Part shown: piece after piece, positions 11,865-23,700 of the stretch
Layout of the letters: the number at the start of each line of letters is the position of its first letter
Position numbering within the stretch: the first letter of the stretch is position 1
Source of the DNA: Octopus sinensis
Taxonomy: Eukaryota
Direction: 5' to 3'
Assembly (NCBI RefSeq): GCF_006345805.1
Contig: NC_043006.1
Location: forward strand, 61,380,001 to 61,444,000
Length of the DNA stretch: 64,000 bases
Notes under the pieces: generated by a model
Told to the model about the DNA's origin: nothing
Databases searched by the model: none
Seen by the model: the letters and a program-made list of their open reading frames with translations, nothing else
Program-made: the position numbers and the translations under genes

Positions 11865-12279
11865 TATAGTTGTCAGATATAGTTGTCAGAGATCATGAAG
11901 AAAAAAATGTTTTTTAATTGATGTATCAATACCAGCGGATGACAACGTGTCTCTAAAAGAAATGGAGAAACTTTCAAAATACAAAGACCTGGAAATAGAG
12001 GTAACCAGAATGTGGAATCTAAAAACAGAAACAATTCCTATCATAATAGGTGCATTAGGCATGATAAAAACATATTCAGACAAATACATAACAAAAACAC
12101 CAGGACTTACAAACACATATAACATACAGAAAATTGCACTACTAGGCACTGCACACATCCTACGCAGAACACTTTCCATACAATAATCATCAGAGCATCA
12201 CAACAAATCACAGCACATACCCAAGGCACACAGAGCTGTGCTCGGTAGTGAAGTGAAAGCACGCTATAAAAATATACTA

Positions 12280-12282
<3 letters not shown>
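11864..12282 (+). mobile_element. 5'-truncated R4/Dong 3' fragment
   Basis: DIVVRDH...IDVSIPADDNVSLKEMEKLSKYKDLEIEVTRMW..IIIGALG..KIALLGTAHILRRTLS, the RLE C-terminus. 13-bp tandem ATATAGTTGTCAG at the 5' junction; the 3' UTR ends in (AAT)n. Confidence 0.85.
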
Positions 12283-12344
<62 letters not shown>

Positions 12345-12360
12345 TGATGATGATGATGAT
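12283..12360. repeat. (AAT)n/(GAT)n microsatellite
   Basis: Read directly from the sequence. Confidence 0.97.
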
Positions 12361-12599
12361 AGTAATAACAATAATAAAAGATACACCGGAGACGTTTAAC
12401 TTGCGAGAGCGATAAAACACTGCTCCGAAATCTATCCCAAAACATCGGGAATAATGACATCACATGGGGCGAAAAATAACTAACAAATTGTTGTACTATA
12501 TTCGAGTAAGGGATACTCACTGAAATTTATTTATATTTTCCAAATGAAATGATGTAATATAAATGCAAGTCACCTCCATTACTTTCACAGTACATGTAA

Positions 12600-14460
12600 A
12601 CACGCTCGCCCCATTACAATCCAATCAACACCAGACCATCTTCCTCCCCAAACATCATGCACAAAAAAATAAATAAATCAAATTATTCCGGCATTATTCA
12701 AACCAAGAATAACAATTGCGAAGTACACACTTTGAACTTGTTACCCAAAATGTACGAAAATCTACACGTGGGAAACCATTCAACACCAGAAGTGAACGGA
12801 CTGGTACCCTACGAAAATGATGATCTTCAAAATAAAGAACCATACTTTATTCCTCATGCCCCACAAATAGAATCAATAAAACATAAATCGACACGTGAGG
12901 AATATATTTCAATCCTACGCGTTTATTTTACAGTAGTGCTCTACCCAAAGAACGAAAACACAACAACATATGCATATAAACTCTGGAAGAAAAATAACCT
13001 AGATGAAGACTTGCATATAGCAATGAACTCTAATGAAGTAGGTAACATACGAAGTTATATGCACAAAACAAATCAAAAGCATATCAGAAATAGAAATAGA
13101 ACACTTAGAAGGGAAAATACATTAGGAAAATAGAGATAGTAATCACACAGCAATGCCAAATAATATCACAAGCACTAGACTGTAAATCATGAACACATAC
13201 TTAACATTTCCAACAAAAGCGAAGAAAACCACGAAGGACAACAAACTCAGACCGTAGGAATGCATAATGATGAGCAAAATGCACCAAACCAGAACATCAC
13301 TGACGAAAATATGAACGGGAGGGAATACGAAACAAATCTAAAACCTGGAAACAGTGAAGGTGAACCTAATGATTATGATACTCTAAAAATGATCATAATA
13401 AAAAAAATGAAAGCCACAGGTCTCAGTATGGACCAGTGATTGTACCTCCCAAAAATTAAAATTGATGCTAAAACAACATCAATAATAACTAGCATGAACC
13501 TGGCCGTCACAGAACAAATAGCCACAGAAACAAAGGTCAATATGACCAGGCTAAATGGTATAATATATGCAGCAGCTGCTGTGGCCAGAAAAGAACCTGG
13601 ATACTCCCTTATTTCCATCCATACCGCTGTACCACCACCCAAACAAACCCTGTGGATACATAATAACAAATAAGTAGATCTGAACAACGGTTCAAGCAAT
13701 ACCGGCAAAGTAAATTGTTTAAAACCGACCAAAAAAGACTTTATCGAGAGACTAATGATGATAAAAAAGGTGAAAGATTAGTCCTTGATATTGATGAAAG
13801 TCGACTTTTCTGGGGTAAGATTTAGAGTAAACAAGAACAATATAATGCAACAGCTGAATGGCTCTGCGACCTGAAGCAAAAAGCTTCTTATTTCTAGCAA
13901 GTGGCTAGCCATTTCACAGATGACATTATCAGAAATATGAGTGAATGAGTAGAAACATAAGCAATCGGAAAGCAATTAGAACTTGATGGGATACAAAGTT
14001 CAGTAGTTGCTATAAATTAATCGTAGAACAATTTAATGCATTGAACAATGGCGAAGAAGAAATCCCGGGCTGGTCGAAAAAAGATGAACGGTGTTGTTAC
14101 TGAAGGATGCATCAAAGTGGAATGCTGCTGACAATTACAGACCAATTTGCTTCCTCCCATTAATGTGGAATTTACTGTCAGGAGGAATTTCAGAACTGTA
14201 TGAATTTCTTGATGAGAACGATATATTACTGACGGAACAAAAAGGCTGTAATTCAGTAGTTATAGTTGCATTGGGAACATTCCCTAAACATCTGAACAGA
14301 CTGATACAGGAAAAAGGCATAAAACCCAGTTTAGCACAGTTGCAGAAAACGGTTTTATTAGTGACAGCTAGAATACCTAGGAAGTCCTTTGCCATCTAAG
14401 GTTAATTGTTGCAGCCCGATGATAGGAATTTTTCTTTTCCAATAATGTATCTGCTGAATG
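12600..14460 (+). mobile_element. Internally deleted, decayed R4/Dong element
   Basis: N-terminal motifs (TREEYISILRVYF..YKLWKK, LPKIK..IIYAAA) and early RT ([17 protein letters not shown]) are fused near 14250 directly to the extreme C-terminus ([19 protein letters not shown]). Confidence 0.7.
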
Positions 14461-14799
14461 TATATATAAAAATAATAAGATTATGATTTCATTTATCTGC
14501 GACCTGGGTGACAATAAAAAAGGCAGACACAAAATGTGGGGATTTACATATAATGCAAAAATAATATAATTAAATAAATATGTAACAAAAGCAAGTGGTA
14601 AGCATACAGGTTATACGATGAAAGGGAAGAGAAATATACACTGTGAACAAAGGTTTAAAGCAAAAATGTAGGGAGGGTGTTAGAGATGGAGCCATCCTAA
14701 TACAGAATGATTTCTATGGATAATCAAAGTAACCTACTGTCCGAGATTTCTCTGGACACCAAGAGCACGTGTCTTCTCCAATTCCGTTTCTCAGACTCA

Positions 14800-15500
14800 C
14801 AGGTCAACACCTAGGCAGGTACCATCCACTCTTGCCATTTTCGTACCGTTCACCCACATTTCAATAAACTCACTCAAGAACAGAACTTCCCTCTCCCCCT
14901 CAATTTACTTTTCAAATGAAGCTTGAAGAAGTCAATGAGAGGTCTACCGAAGAGGAATATATCTGTCATCATGCCTTTCAGCATTGTCCACCACAAAACT
15001 ACTTTCGCAACAGCAACCAGGCAAAGGAAAACTGCCTTGCCTGCCCGATTGAAGAAGGACGGCGGGGCAATCATCACCACTAATTCAGCTGACAGGATCC
15101 GTCCAACAGATAACACCAGCTGTTTGATATAAGCCCACAAGTCAGCAATTCTCGGACAATAATCGAATGCGTGTCGAACGGTTTCATCATTCTGAGCGCA
15201 CGTCGGACAAGTCCGTCTGATAGCATATCTGTACCTGCAGATTTTATCTCGAACCGGAAGCGTCCTGCGGTAGCACTGCCAGCCAAATATATCTACAAAT
15301 TATCCATAATGGTTTCTGATCGGAAAGTCCTCCGGACCAGACTAATTGCTTCGTTTTCCTCGGCACGCAGTCTCCTTGAGAACGTTGTCGCACTTCCATA
15401 GCACTCATTTTCTATAAATGTTCAATTCGGAATATCCACCGATCCTATTGCCCGACTTGTAGAGAGCTGTCAGCGCCTGACGATATTCTATGTTCCATGC
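14800..15500 (-). mobile_element. L1/Tx1-clade ORF2 C-terminal fragment (zf-RVT)
   Basis: Minus-strand translation GWQCYRRTLPVRDKICRYRYAIRRTCPTCAQNDETVRHAFDYCPRIADLWAY contains LPVRD plus the CxxC...ETxxH..C knuckle. Confidence 0.75.
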
Positions 15501-15539
15501 GCCGAAGAATAATGTAGAAATAAATTATAATGGGAAATG

Positions 15540-16640
15540 ATGTAGGGGATTATTAAGAACATTATACTGAAAGTGCAATATGGAAATACAAACATTCTCC
15601 AATACTTGTAATGGATCCACCGAAGATAAATAAATGATGTGGAAATATATTTCACTCATGGAAAATATACATTTTGCGAGGAAGAATCACATTTAAGAAT
15701 GCAGATAAGACTTAACTTAAAGCGATAAAGGAAAACGTAAATGGAAATAATTCAACAAGTAAATCACGTTGATCACACTTAACCGAGATCAACATTTTGA
15801 TAAATGCATCTAATGCATATGGGGCGCATGGATTAGGTTTGAAATACATTGCATGTTGACTTAGGAAGAAGGAAGTAAAATGGTGTGAATGAGGAACACA
15901 AAAGAATATATACAAAAGACTATGAAAATATTGAGATCTGGTGTTAATTTATTAGAAAAGTAAAGAAGTGGTCAGCTAAAATCCTAAGGGAAATGTGTAG
16001 ATTTAAAAAGAAAATATAACATTCAGAAGAAACATGCAACATCTGTAAAGTTGAAACAAGTAATTTTGTCCAAAATATCTTAAATCAATGTATATGATGA
16101 AACAATAAACTAGGATAAGGAAAACAGTATATTCAATATGCATCAGAAGATGGATAAAGCATCGAACGAAAACATAAATCAAGATCAGGTTATACAAGAT
16201 GTATAACCTGAGAGAAATTTCGGCCTAAGGAAAGAATCATTACATTGAAGTTAAGCGGTTAAAATCCTTGACAGCCGAAGTATAAATCAATAAGCAAGAA
16301 TATATGCATGTTGAGAAGTGTGGTGCTAAATAAGCAACATTCAAAAATACTCATTCTGAAAGTGCCAGCTCAGCTTTTCTATCACAGAATTATCATAGAA
16401 GACCCTGCTGTGAAAGAAGATCGAACAAAAGCACAACTGAAATCAAATGGAACCTTAGAGATGTGTACGAGATGAAGAATTAATTCATTGCATGGTAAAA
16501 AAAACCCTACAAGGGTAAGTGATCCTGATGTTGATAAAATATGATCTATCAGTAGTTGTCTGCATCTGGAGACAAATCAGAAACAATGGGCTTCATTATA
16601 ACAGCTCAGGATGAATGGTTCCTTACAAAAAGCACCCAAG
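15540..16640 (+). mobile_element. Highly decayed R4/Dong remnant
   Basis: Recognisable near 16490-16640 (LHGK.PTRVSDPDVDK..SETMGFIITAQD); weak upstream. Confidence 0.5.
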
Positions 16641-16654
16641 TCAACATTCTTAGA

Positions 16655-16958
16655 GATGATAATCTTCCTCTCTCCCGCCTTTTTTTATGAAATACATCCA
16701 AAAGTAAGCAGTATAAAAACAACATATGTAACCTAAAAAACACTGACAAAATGTTGAGCAATAATCGAAAAATACAGTTCTATATTTAAGAGATGAGGAA
16801 TTATGTACATTGTTTACATTATTTACATTTGACGGATAATTGTCCTCATCTCGTTTGTCGTTAACACAACGTTTCGTCTGATATACCCTCCAGCCATCAT
16901 CAGGTGTCTTGGGGAAATCTCGAAGCAGGGTTCTCACTCCTAACGTATTTTCGATATC
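16655..16958 (-). mobile_element. Short non-coding hammerhead-bearing element abutting a (TAA)n tract
   Basis: Contains a near-intact minimal hammerhead and no credible coding sequence; bounded by the (ATT)n run at 16959-16999. Confidence 0.55.
16863..16908 (-). ncRNA. Minimal type-I hammerhead ribozyme (PLE-type)
   Basis: GACAC-CTGATGA-T-GGCTG-GAGGGTATAT-CAGAC-GAAAC-GTT-GTGTT. Intact core, 5-bp stem I, stem II with one mismatch, palindromic helix III (AACGTT), GUU cleavage triplet. Confidence 0.7.
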
Positions 16959-17168
16959 ATTATTATTATTATTATTATTATTATTGTTATTATTATTATG
17001 ACTGCAAAGTCATGTGGTGTTTCACTTGATATGAGTTCACCAAGACGCGCACAAATGATTGTGATACATATGGCTGGTGTTCCCTTATCAGACGGGTAGT
17101 CATAATAGGTATACTGGGCTTCACTTTACCTCAGTGTCACTTTCATGACATGCACTGCCTTTTCCTTC

Positions 17169-17198
17169 AATAATAATAATAATAATAACAATAATGAA

Positions 17199-17284
<86 letters not shown>

Positions 17285-17366
17285 GGAAAATAATAATAAT
17301 AAAAATAAAAATAATTATGAAAATAATAATAATAAAATAATAATCATAATAATAATAATAATAATA

Positions 17367-17410
<44 letters not shown>

Positions 17411-17489
17411 AGATGCTGCTGCTGATGATGATGATGATAATAATAATAATAATCATAATAATAATAATAATAACAATAATAATAATAAC

Positions 17490-17541
<52 letters not shown>
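17169..17541. repeat. Long interrupted (AAT)n array, about 370 bp
   Basis: Read directly; source of the spurious poly-N and poly-I ORFs. Confidence 0.97.
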
Positions 17542-17543
<2 letters not shown>

Positions 17544-17880
17544 TTACACTTTCAATATTATTAACTGGCCAATTTCTGAAACATGTAATCCTGACAGAAA
17601 ATTACGAAAACTGTTGACAATGCATAGAATGCACTACCCAAAGGCAGATATATAACGACTTTATCTGTCAAGAAAAGTGGGATGGGGAAGACTTTTAAAA
17701 CTGGCATTAACAATGAAGATTTCCACAACTGGACTAGACACCTACTTGAAAAACTCTGATGACTGGATGTTAAAACTCGTCTCAAAACGTGTAAACAAGA
17801 AAGCATCATAATCAGTAACAATACAGGCAAAGGAATATCTAAGTGAATTCCGAATACGCAAATTCCAGAATTAGACGTGG
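17542..17880 (+). mobile_element. R4/Dong post-RT fragment starting at the (AAT)n array
   Basis: FNIINWP...DRKLRKLLTMHRMHYPKADI*RLYLSRKVGWGR...DDWMLKLV. Confidence 0.8.
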
Positions 17881-19614
17881 ATAGTGATATTTGTACTTTC
17901 AGCGACTGGCTCAAGGTGATGTTCTTACCAGTAAGCAGGAGTGCTGATTTTGGACTGTTTACAATGTAAATACTGTCCTACCTTCTCGTAGCGATGTTTG
18001 TATTCGCTTGGTGTCAGCACAGGACATCCTGAGACGAGATGGTCTATTGTTTCATCACATTTATTGCAGATTCTTCATTTCGACTCATAACCGTTTTTGA
18101 TGAACGTTAGCCTGGTAGTTTTTGGTAAGCATGCTTTGATCATTACCATCAATATGAAACTTTCAGTCTTTGCTTTCGGTTCTCACCTTCGCAACCACTG
18201 GTGGATTGTTGCTTCATCTACATTAGCAGTTCTGCTTCGAAGTATATACTGTCCAAGCAGAGGCTTCTGGCTCCACCGATCCTCATTTTCATTCTGCCTG
18301 TTCTTTTTGGCAGTTTGCTTGATCCGTTCTGCTTTTATTTTGGCAGTGGTTTCAGGTCTTCATCTAATTCAGGGTTAATTGCCAGGTTCCCTTGCGAATT
18401 CTCAAGCATCTATGGCAATAGAATGTGGTTTTTTGTTGCACTCATATTTGCACCCAGGTCGCAGCCTCCAGTCCTCTGTACTAGATAAGTATTTGTTCAT
18501 TGCTGTTGTTGAGCACAGTTCTGCCTGCATCATTGTTCTTCCTCATTATTTATTGGTAGGTACAGAAATCAATGTTTTTCGGTAGTACACGTTCTTAGTT
18601 GTTAGTAGTTTTCTTGTCTTCCTGACGAGGCATTGGGCTTCTACAGGATTTCAGTTAAAGGTGTTAAAACTATATTAGATTACTTGAAGTACCTGGGTGT
18701 GAATAGTTTCGATGCGATTTTTGGAGTTGAGTCCTGTTTTTAGCACGAATCGTATTCTTCTGTAATATTCCTTTCGTATTTTACCTTCGCAGTAGCATGC
18801 TGTATACCGTATACATCGTTTATCCCCATGTATCTCTAGCTTTCTTATGGGACAAGTTTCTTTATGGTAGTGTCGGTATCTAATTTATGGAAGCCGTTTG
18901 CTTGAGCTTGTCTCTTACAACAGATGCTTTAGCACATTTATCAAAGCCAAAATCCATCCCGATGTCATTGCTGAACTCTTTAACAGCTTTTATCAGCCCT
19001 TCCAGCTGTTCATCATTTCTAGCAAAACGCTTCAGATCGTCCATATACAACAGGGGATTTACTATAATATTATACATATTGAATCCACACCTAGTGTTAC
19101 TCAGTTCGTTTGAAGGTGGGATCGGTGCTATGCAACAAATAATAAAATGTGTAGTGGGAATCACCTTGAAAGATGCCTCGTTTGATATTGATGTTATTAG
19201 ATTGGCTCTTCCCATTACTATGGTTTAGAAAGAGACATGAATTCCACTTGGCCACCTTGTAAGAATTTGGAGACTACAGGTGAGATCATATATATCTCAA
19301 GGGCCTTGAGTAGCCAATTATGTGGGGCATTGTCAAATGCGTTCCTGTAGTCTATCTATGCCATACTCAGATTCTTCGTTTTGCTCCGGCAATTCTCTAC
19401 AATCATTATTTATGAGTAATTAATCTTTGCATCCAGAGGAACTCCATTTAAAAACTTTTTCAGGTTGTGGAAGGATGCAGTTCTGTTCCAGGGCAGAGTA
19501 TATTCTTTCAGGTAGTATGGATGTGAAAATCATGTAGGTGCTGTTGAGACATGGTCGGTAGTTCTTTGAATTCTTCGTGGCTTCAGTTTTTGGTAGGATG
19601 TATTTTGTCCCTTC

Positions 19615-19615
<1 letters not shown>
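17881..19615 (-). mobile_element. R4/Dong remnant: RT to zinc knuckle
   Basis: Colinear motifs on the minus strand: NYRP, IDYRNAFDNAPH, PLLYMDDLK..FGFDKCAK, RKLLT, then CRICNKCDETIDHLVSGC. The 5' end abuts (ATT)n at 19616-19662. Confidence 0.85.

Positions 19616-19662
<47 letters not shown>
19616..19662. repeat. (ATT)n microsatellite
   Basis: Read directly from the sequence. Confidence 0.95.
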
Positions 19663-19985
19663 GCAGCCATACTATGAAGTCACGGAAATTTGGTGTCCCG
19701 TAAGCTGAAAAAGTGTTTGCAATCTAAGGCCTTGTCTTTTCATTAATATTATTACCATTGCATTTCCGAGTTTGTCCAAACTACGTAGATAGTATGTTTG
19801 TGTAGAAATACCCACTGTTTTGGAGGGACTGCCCTACAATAATTTTTGAATTTTAGGTGCTTTCAGCGAAAGCAAATATTTCGCAATCTCATGTAATTCT
19901 GTAACAATGGCTGACAGAGAAACCCTCATAATGTTCGACAAAGGAACGTGCTCCTTGCCGAAAAATTTGAGAACGAGGAAAGAAT

Positions 19986-21946
19986 ATGAATATCGAATGG
20001 TCTAAATGTAATGGTATCACCGAGGCAAATTATGTTTCGTCTGTAAGCAACGTCAAATCTATCGGTGTCGACTACGAGAACAACAACAACAGTAGAAGAA
20101 ATGACTACGACAACAACTATACAAAAGTAATGAAGCATGAAAACGCATATATCGCATCTGCGTCCTTTGCGTCTGCGACGGGAATTATGGAAAGTTTCCA
20201 CGTAGACGAAGAAAAGTTAAAATTGGTAAGAAAAATTGTAAATTTGGTGGGAGAAGTGTAGCTCTAAACCCTCCATACGACCTGGTAGAAAATATCGCAA
20301 GATGCACGGCAGCATACCGTTGCTTGGGAGTCAAGTCTCGACAGGTGGAAAATGCATTTGAGAGCAAAGTACAAAAATGCATTGGGCACGTTTGGGAACA
20401 AAAGACCTACATAATCCGAGGAAAGAAGTTTAGAAACAATTAGGTGAGATTTTGGGACGGAAGAAGAAGCTAGATATAATTCCACAAACACTGAGGAATG
20501 ACGATTTTTTTTAATAGCCAGCTTTCACAGCCAACCTCTTGGCAAGATTAGGGTGCTGAATGTGCCGCCAAAACGTGTATCTGTAACTCACTTAAAGACT
20601 TTCTGCCCTGAAACAAGGAAAAATAAAATTCCACTGTTACCAATATTACAAATATCACGTGGAAAATCATAAACAAGTGCTGAAGACTCCTACACCTACT
20701 GCCACACCCGTGCCTACACCCACTCCCAAACCAAGACAGAGGAGTCTATCCCCGGTTCTCATAGAAAAGAAAGTTTCTCCTGCATTCTCTTCCTCTCAAA
20801 CCAACATCAAGTGCAATGACATGGAGAAAGAAGAGCTGAACGATCAATGGATCATAGTGACAAAAGGGGCTAGGGGAAAGAGGAGAAGAGTACATAGATA
20901 TACTCCAAGAAATCAACAAAAACTTATTCTAGAACCACAACTGCAACACAATTCACAACCACTCCAACAAAAACAGCAACAACGAGATCAACAACTTGAA
21001 AAACAGCAACATTATCCACAACACCATGAAATCACACAAACACCGAAAGAACTAGTTACAGAACATAAAAAAAAATATTCATCAGGCTCTAGACAAAATG
21101 CATCCATCAATTTCACTGTTGTGAACAGGTATAAAAGTGAATTGATGGATTTGTATGTCAACGCAAATACAAAATAAAGACAGATGGATAGGAATTTGAG
21201 GATGTCATCCTCAAAACTCCCAAGAACAGATCTTTAATTAAAAATTCGCCAGACGTTTATAAAACTATAATAGAAAAAGGTAGTGTGGGGATAAAAAAAA
21301 TATGTTGATAAAAGGTTTTTAGAAATATTTACACCACTACATCTAGGACGTCCGGGCTCCACGAAAATCAAGGTGAGTAAGCTCCTGATTTGTGAATGTG
21401 CGTGGTCTGGGATCATATGGAAAGTAAGGCCACATGCTCAGTTATCTCAGATCACTTGATTTGGATATGGCAGCCATTAGTTGGGAGGGTGGTGGTCCTG
21501 GATGGTGAATGGTAGCGAAGCTGGCGCCTTTAAACAGATGGCGGTTTGTGCCCCAACGGGGACTGGAAATCCAGATTTCTTCAGGCATTAAGAAACATTG
21601 TTGGAAACCTCTCGCACTTTAGTACTATTGAGGCACTAGAATAGTATTTTGAACGCACAGAAGGACTGCGGGGGTTTAGTACATAGTAGAAATGAGTGTA
21701 AAAGCTTCGAAGATCTGCATTTTGTTAGGTACCAACTGAATATTCCTGATGTGCCAGTGTGGACATGGAGCAACCACAGCAAGTCCTCCAGATCGTATTT
21801 AGATATAGTATTTGTTAGGTCAGAGGATGAGGATAGCATAGGCTGTCTACAATTTAAATTGGTCGGCTATACAGATTGCAAATTTGCAAATCTGTGATAT
21901 TCTTAGTCAAATTAGATAGGACCCGTAGACAGGGACCAGGTTACTA
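19986..21946 (+). mobile_element. L1/Tx1-clade 5' remnant (ORF1-like region and APE endonuclease)
   Basis: 21400-21946 gives APE motifs (LVVLD, PDVPVWTWSNHSKSSRSYLDIVFV, VGYTDC, GPGY*K). The upstream low-complexity ORFs (19986, 20659) are assigned to ORF1 only tentatively. Confidence 0.6.
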
Positions 21947-21985
21947 GAAGTACCAGTTTCACGTCCTACGCTTATCAAACTTCCA
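21945..21985 (-). ncRNA. Hammerhead-like motif, U3-A8 core variant, cleavage nucleotide missing
   Basis: TGGAAGT-TTGATAA-GCGT-AGG-ACGT-GAAAC-TG-GT-ACTTCTA. 7-bp stem I, 4-bp stem II, no H17. Confidence 0.5.
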
Positions 21986-22507
21986 AGGTCTTAGATTTCA
22001 GCCATTTTCGCTGCTGACAATTATTTTTGTAGCCAAAGGGATGTAACTCTTCAATTTTTCTGAAGGTAATTTGGGATGTACCTCTTCAATTTATCTGAAA
22101 ATTTCAAGTTACTTTCAAAGAATTGTTAGGGTCATTCGATTGCTATTCTTAATGTATACAGATTTATGAGATATATGAATAAACAAGTCTTAGGTTTTAG
22201 GGGTGATTTACAAATATTTCAATGATAGAGAGAAGAATCGCTCAAATAGTGGCACGTACAAAAGGCAAGTGTGCCTTCCGTTGTCACTGCCTGATATTTA
22301 TGATTGATCTTTCAAACTATTTTCTTTCTCTACTTACTCAAGATCTTTTGTTTTCTATATATGGGAGATAGATAGATAGATAAGGATAGTAAGAGAAAGC
22401 GAGCGAGAGTCCGAGAGAAAGGAGGGAGAAACAAAGAGAGAGAATATGGCGATAAGAAACAGAAAGGAAGCAACAAAAAGTAACAACCACTCCCTCACCT
22501 TAAGGTA

Positions 22508-22508
22508 G

Positions 22509-22551
<43 letters not shown>

Positions 22552-22568
22552 ATTTATGTGTGTATTTA

Positions 22569-22620
<52 letters not shown>
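22508..22620. repeat. (TA)n/(TG)n microsatellite
   Basis: Read directly from the sequence. Confidence 0.93.
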
Positions 22621-22625
<5 letters not shown>

Positions 22626-23602
22626 GGAGAGTGAACTGACACAGCCGCACGTGAATGTCGGTGGACTGGACGAATTATATAAACTAGTGGGATCCGTCAA
22701 TATTTAACGGAATTAATGGTAAACCTATTGGTTTAATTCTGAAAAAATGTATACCCACCCTATAAAAAGAGAAATGAAAACAGCCTGTGTTGTGTCTGTA
22801 TGGAAGGATAGTCGCTCATGTGCTACCCATTGAAGGTGAAAGAAATTGGAATAAGATGCTTGCTTAATGCACTTTATTTATACAATTTATATTCTTTATG
22901 CAAAATTGATAGATAAGCTAAAATTCGTTTTATTTTCGTCTCTATTTTTATTTCATTATTGTTTCATTGTTGTTTCATTACTATTTCCTTTTTATTTCGT
23001 ATTTGTTTATTCGCAATTCTTTATTCGTTATTTGGAACCTTTATTCGCAATTTTTTCTCTTAAATTTGTTTTCCTTAAATCTTTTTTTTCCTACATGTTG
23101 TTCCCTTAAATGTTTATTCCTTGAGTTATTATTCCTTAAATCTTTAATTTTCTTTTTTATTCCTTAAATTTATACTCCTTAAATCTTTAATATTCAGTTA
23201 TTATTTGTATTTCTATACATTTGTACATGTTAAGTAAGATTATATTGAAGATATAGAGTATCATGGAAGTGTACAAGAGATAGGGTTGGTGAAAAATGTT
23301 GAGGAATCCAGACCTGAAGATTGAGAGTATGTCGAGTATTTATTGTAACTAGATACCTCGTATCTAATCAATACAGACATACTTTCATGAAACATATGTA
23401 GTCTTATAAACGGTAAATACAGGATTCAGAATATATATAGTTAGTATAAGAATTAATTTAAAACTCTTTTAGAGTGGTGGTTATAAAAACCTTCAGCGTT
23501 GACTGAGTTGAAGCTGGTTCTGTCTGTAAAATTACTCTTATGTAAAGGAATTAAACATTGAGCGATGTTCATTTTAGTACATGTAATTTGAATGTCTTTT
23601 CC

Positions 23603-23603
23603 C

Positions 23604-23645
<42 letters not shown>

Positions 23646-23700
23646 CGCAGGTGTGTGTGTGTGTGTGCGCAGGTGTGTGTGTGTGCGTATATGTATACAT
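23603..23700. repeat. (TA)n/(TG)n microsatellite
   Basis: Read directly from the sequence. Confidence 0.93.

Noticed and set aside
17121-17655. Poly-Asn and poly-Ile ORFs
   Set aside because: Translations of the (AAT)n array.
22038-22100. 27-bp direct repeat with acceptor/donor-like flanks
   Set aside because: A small local duplication; the 33-nt micro-exon reading has no further support.
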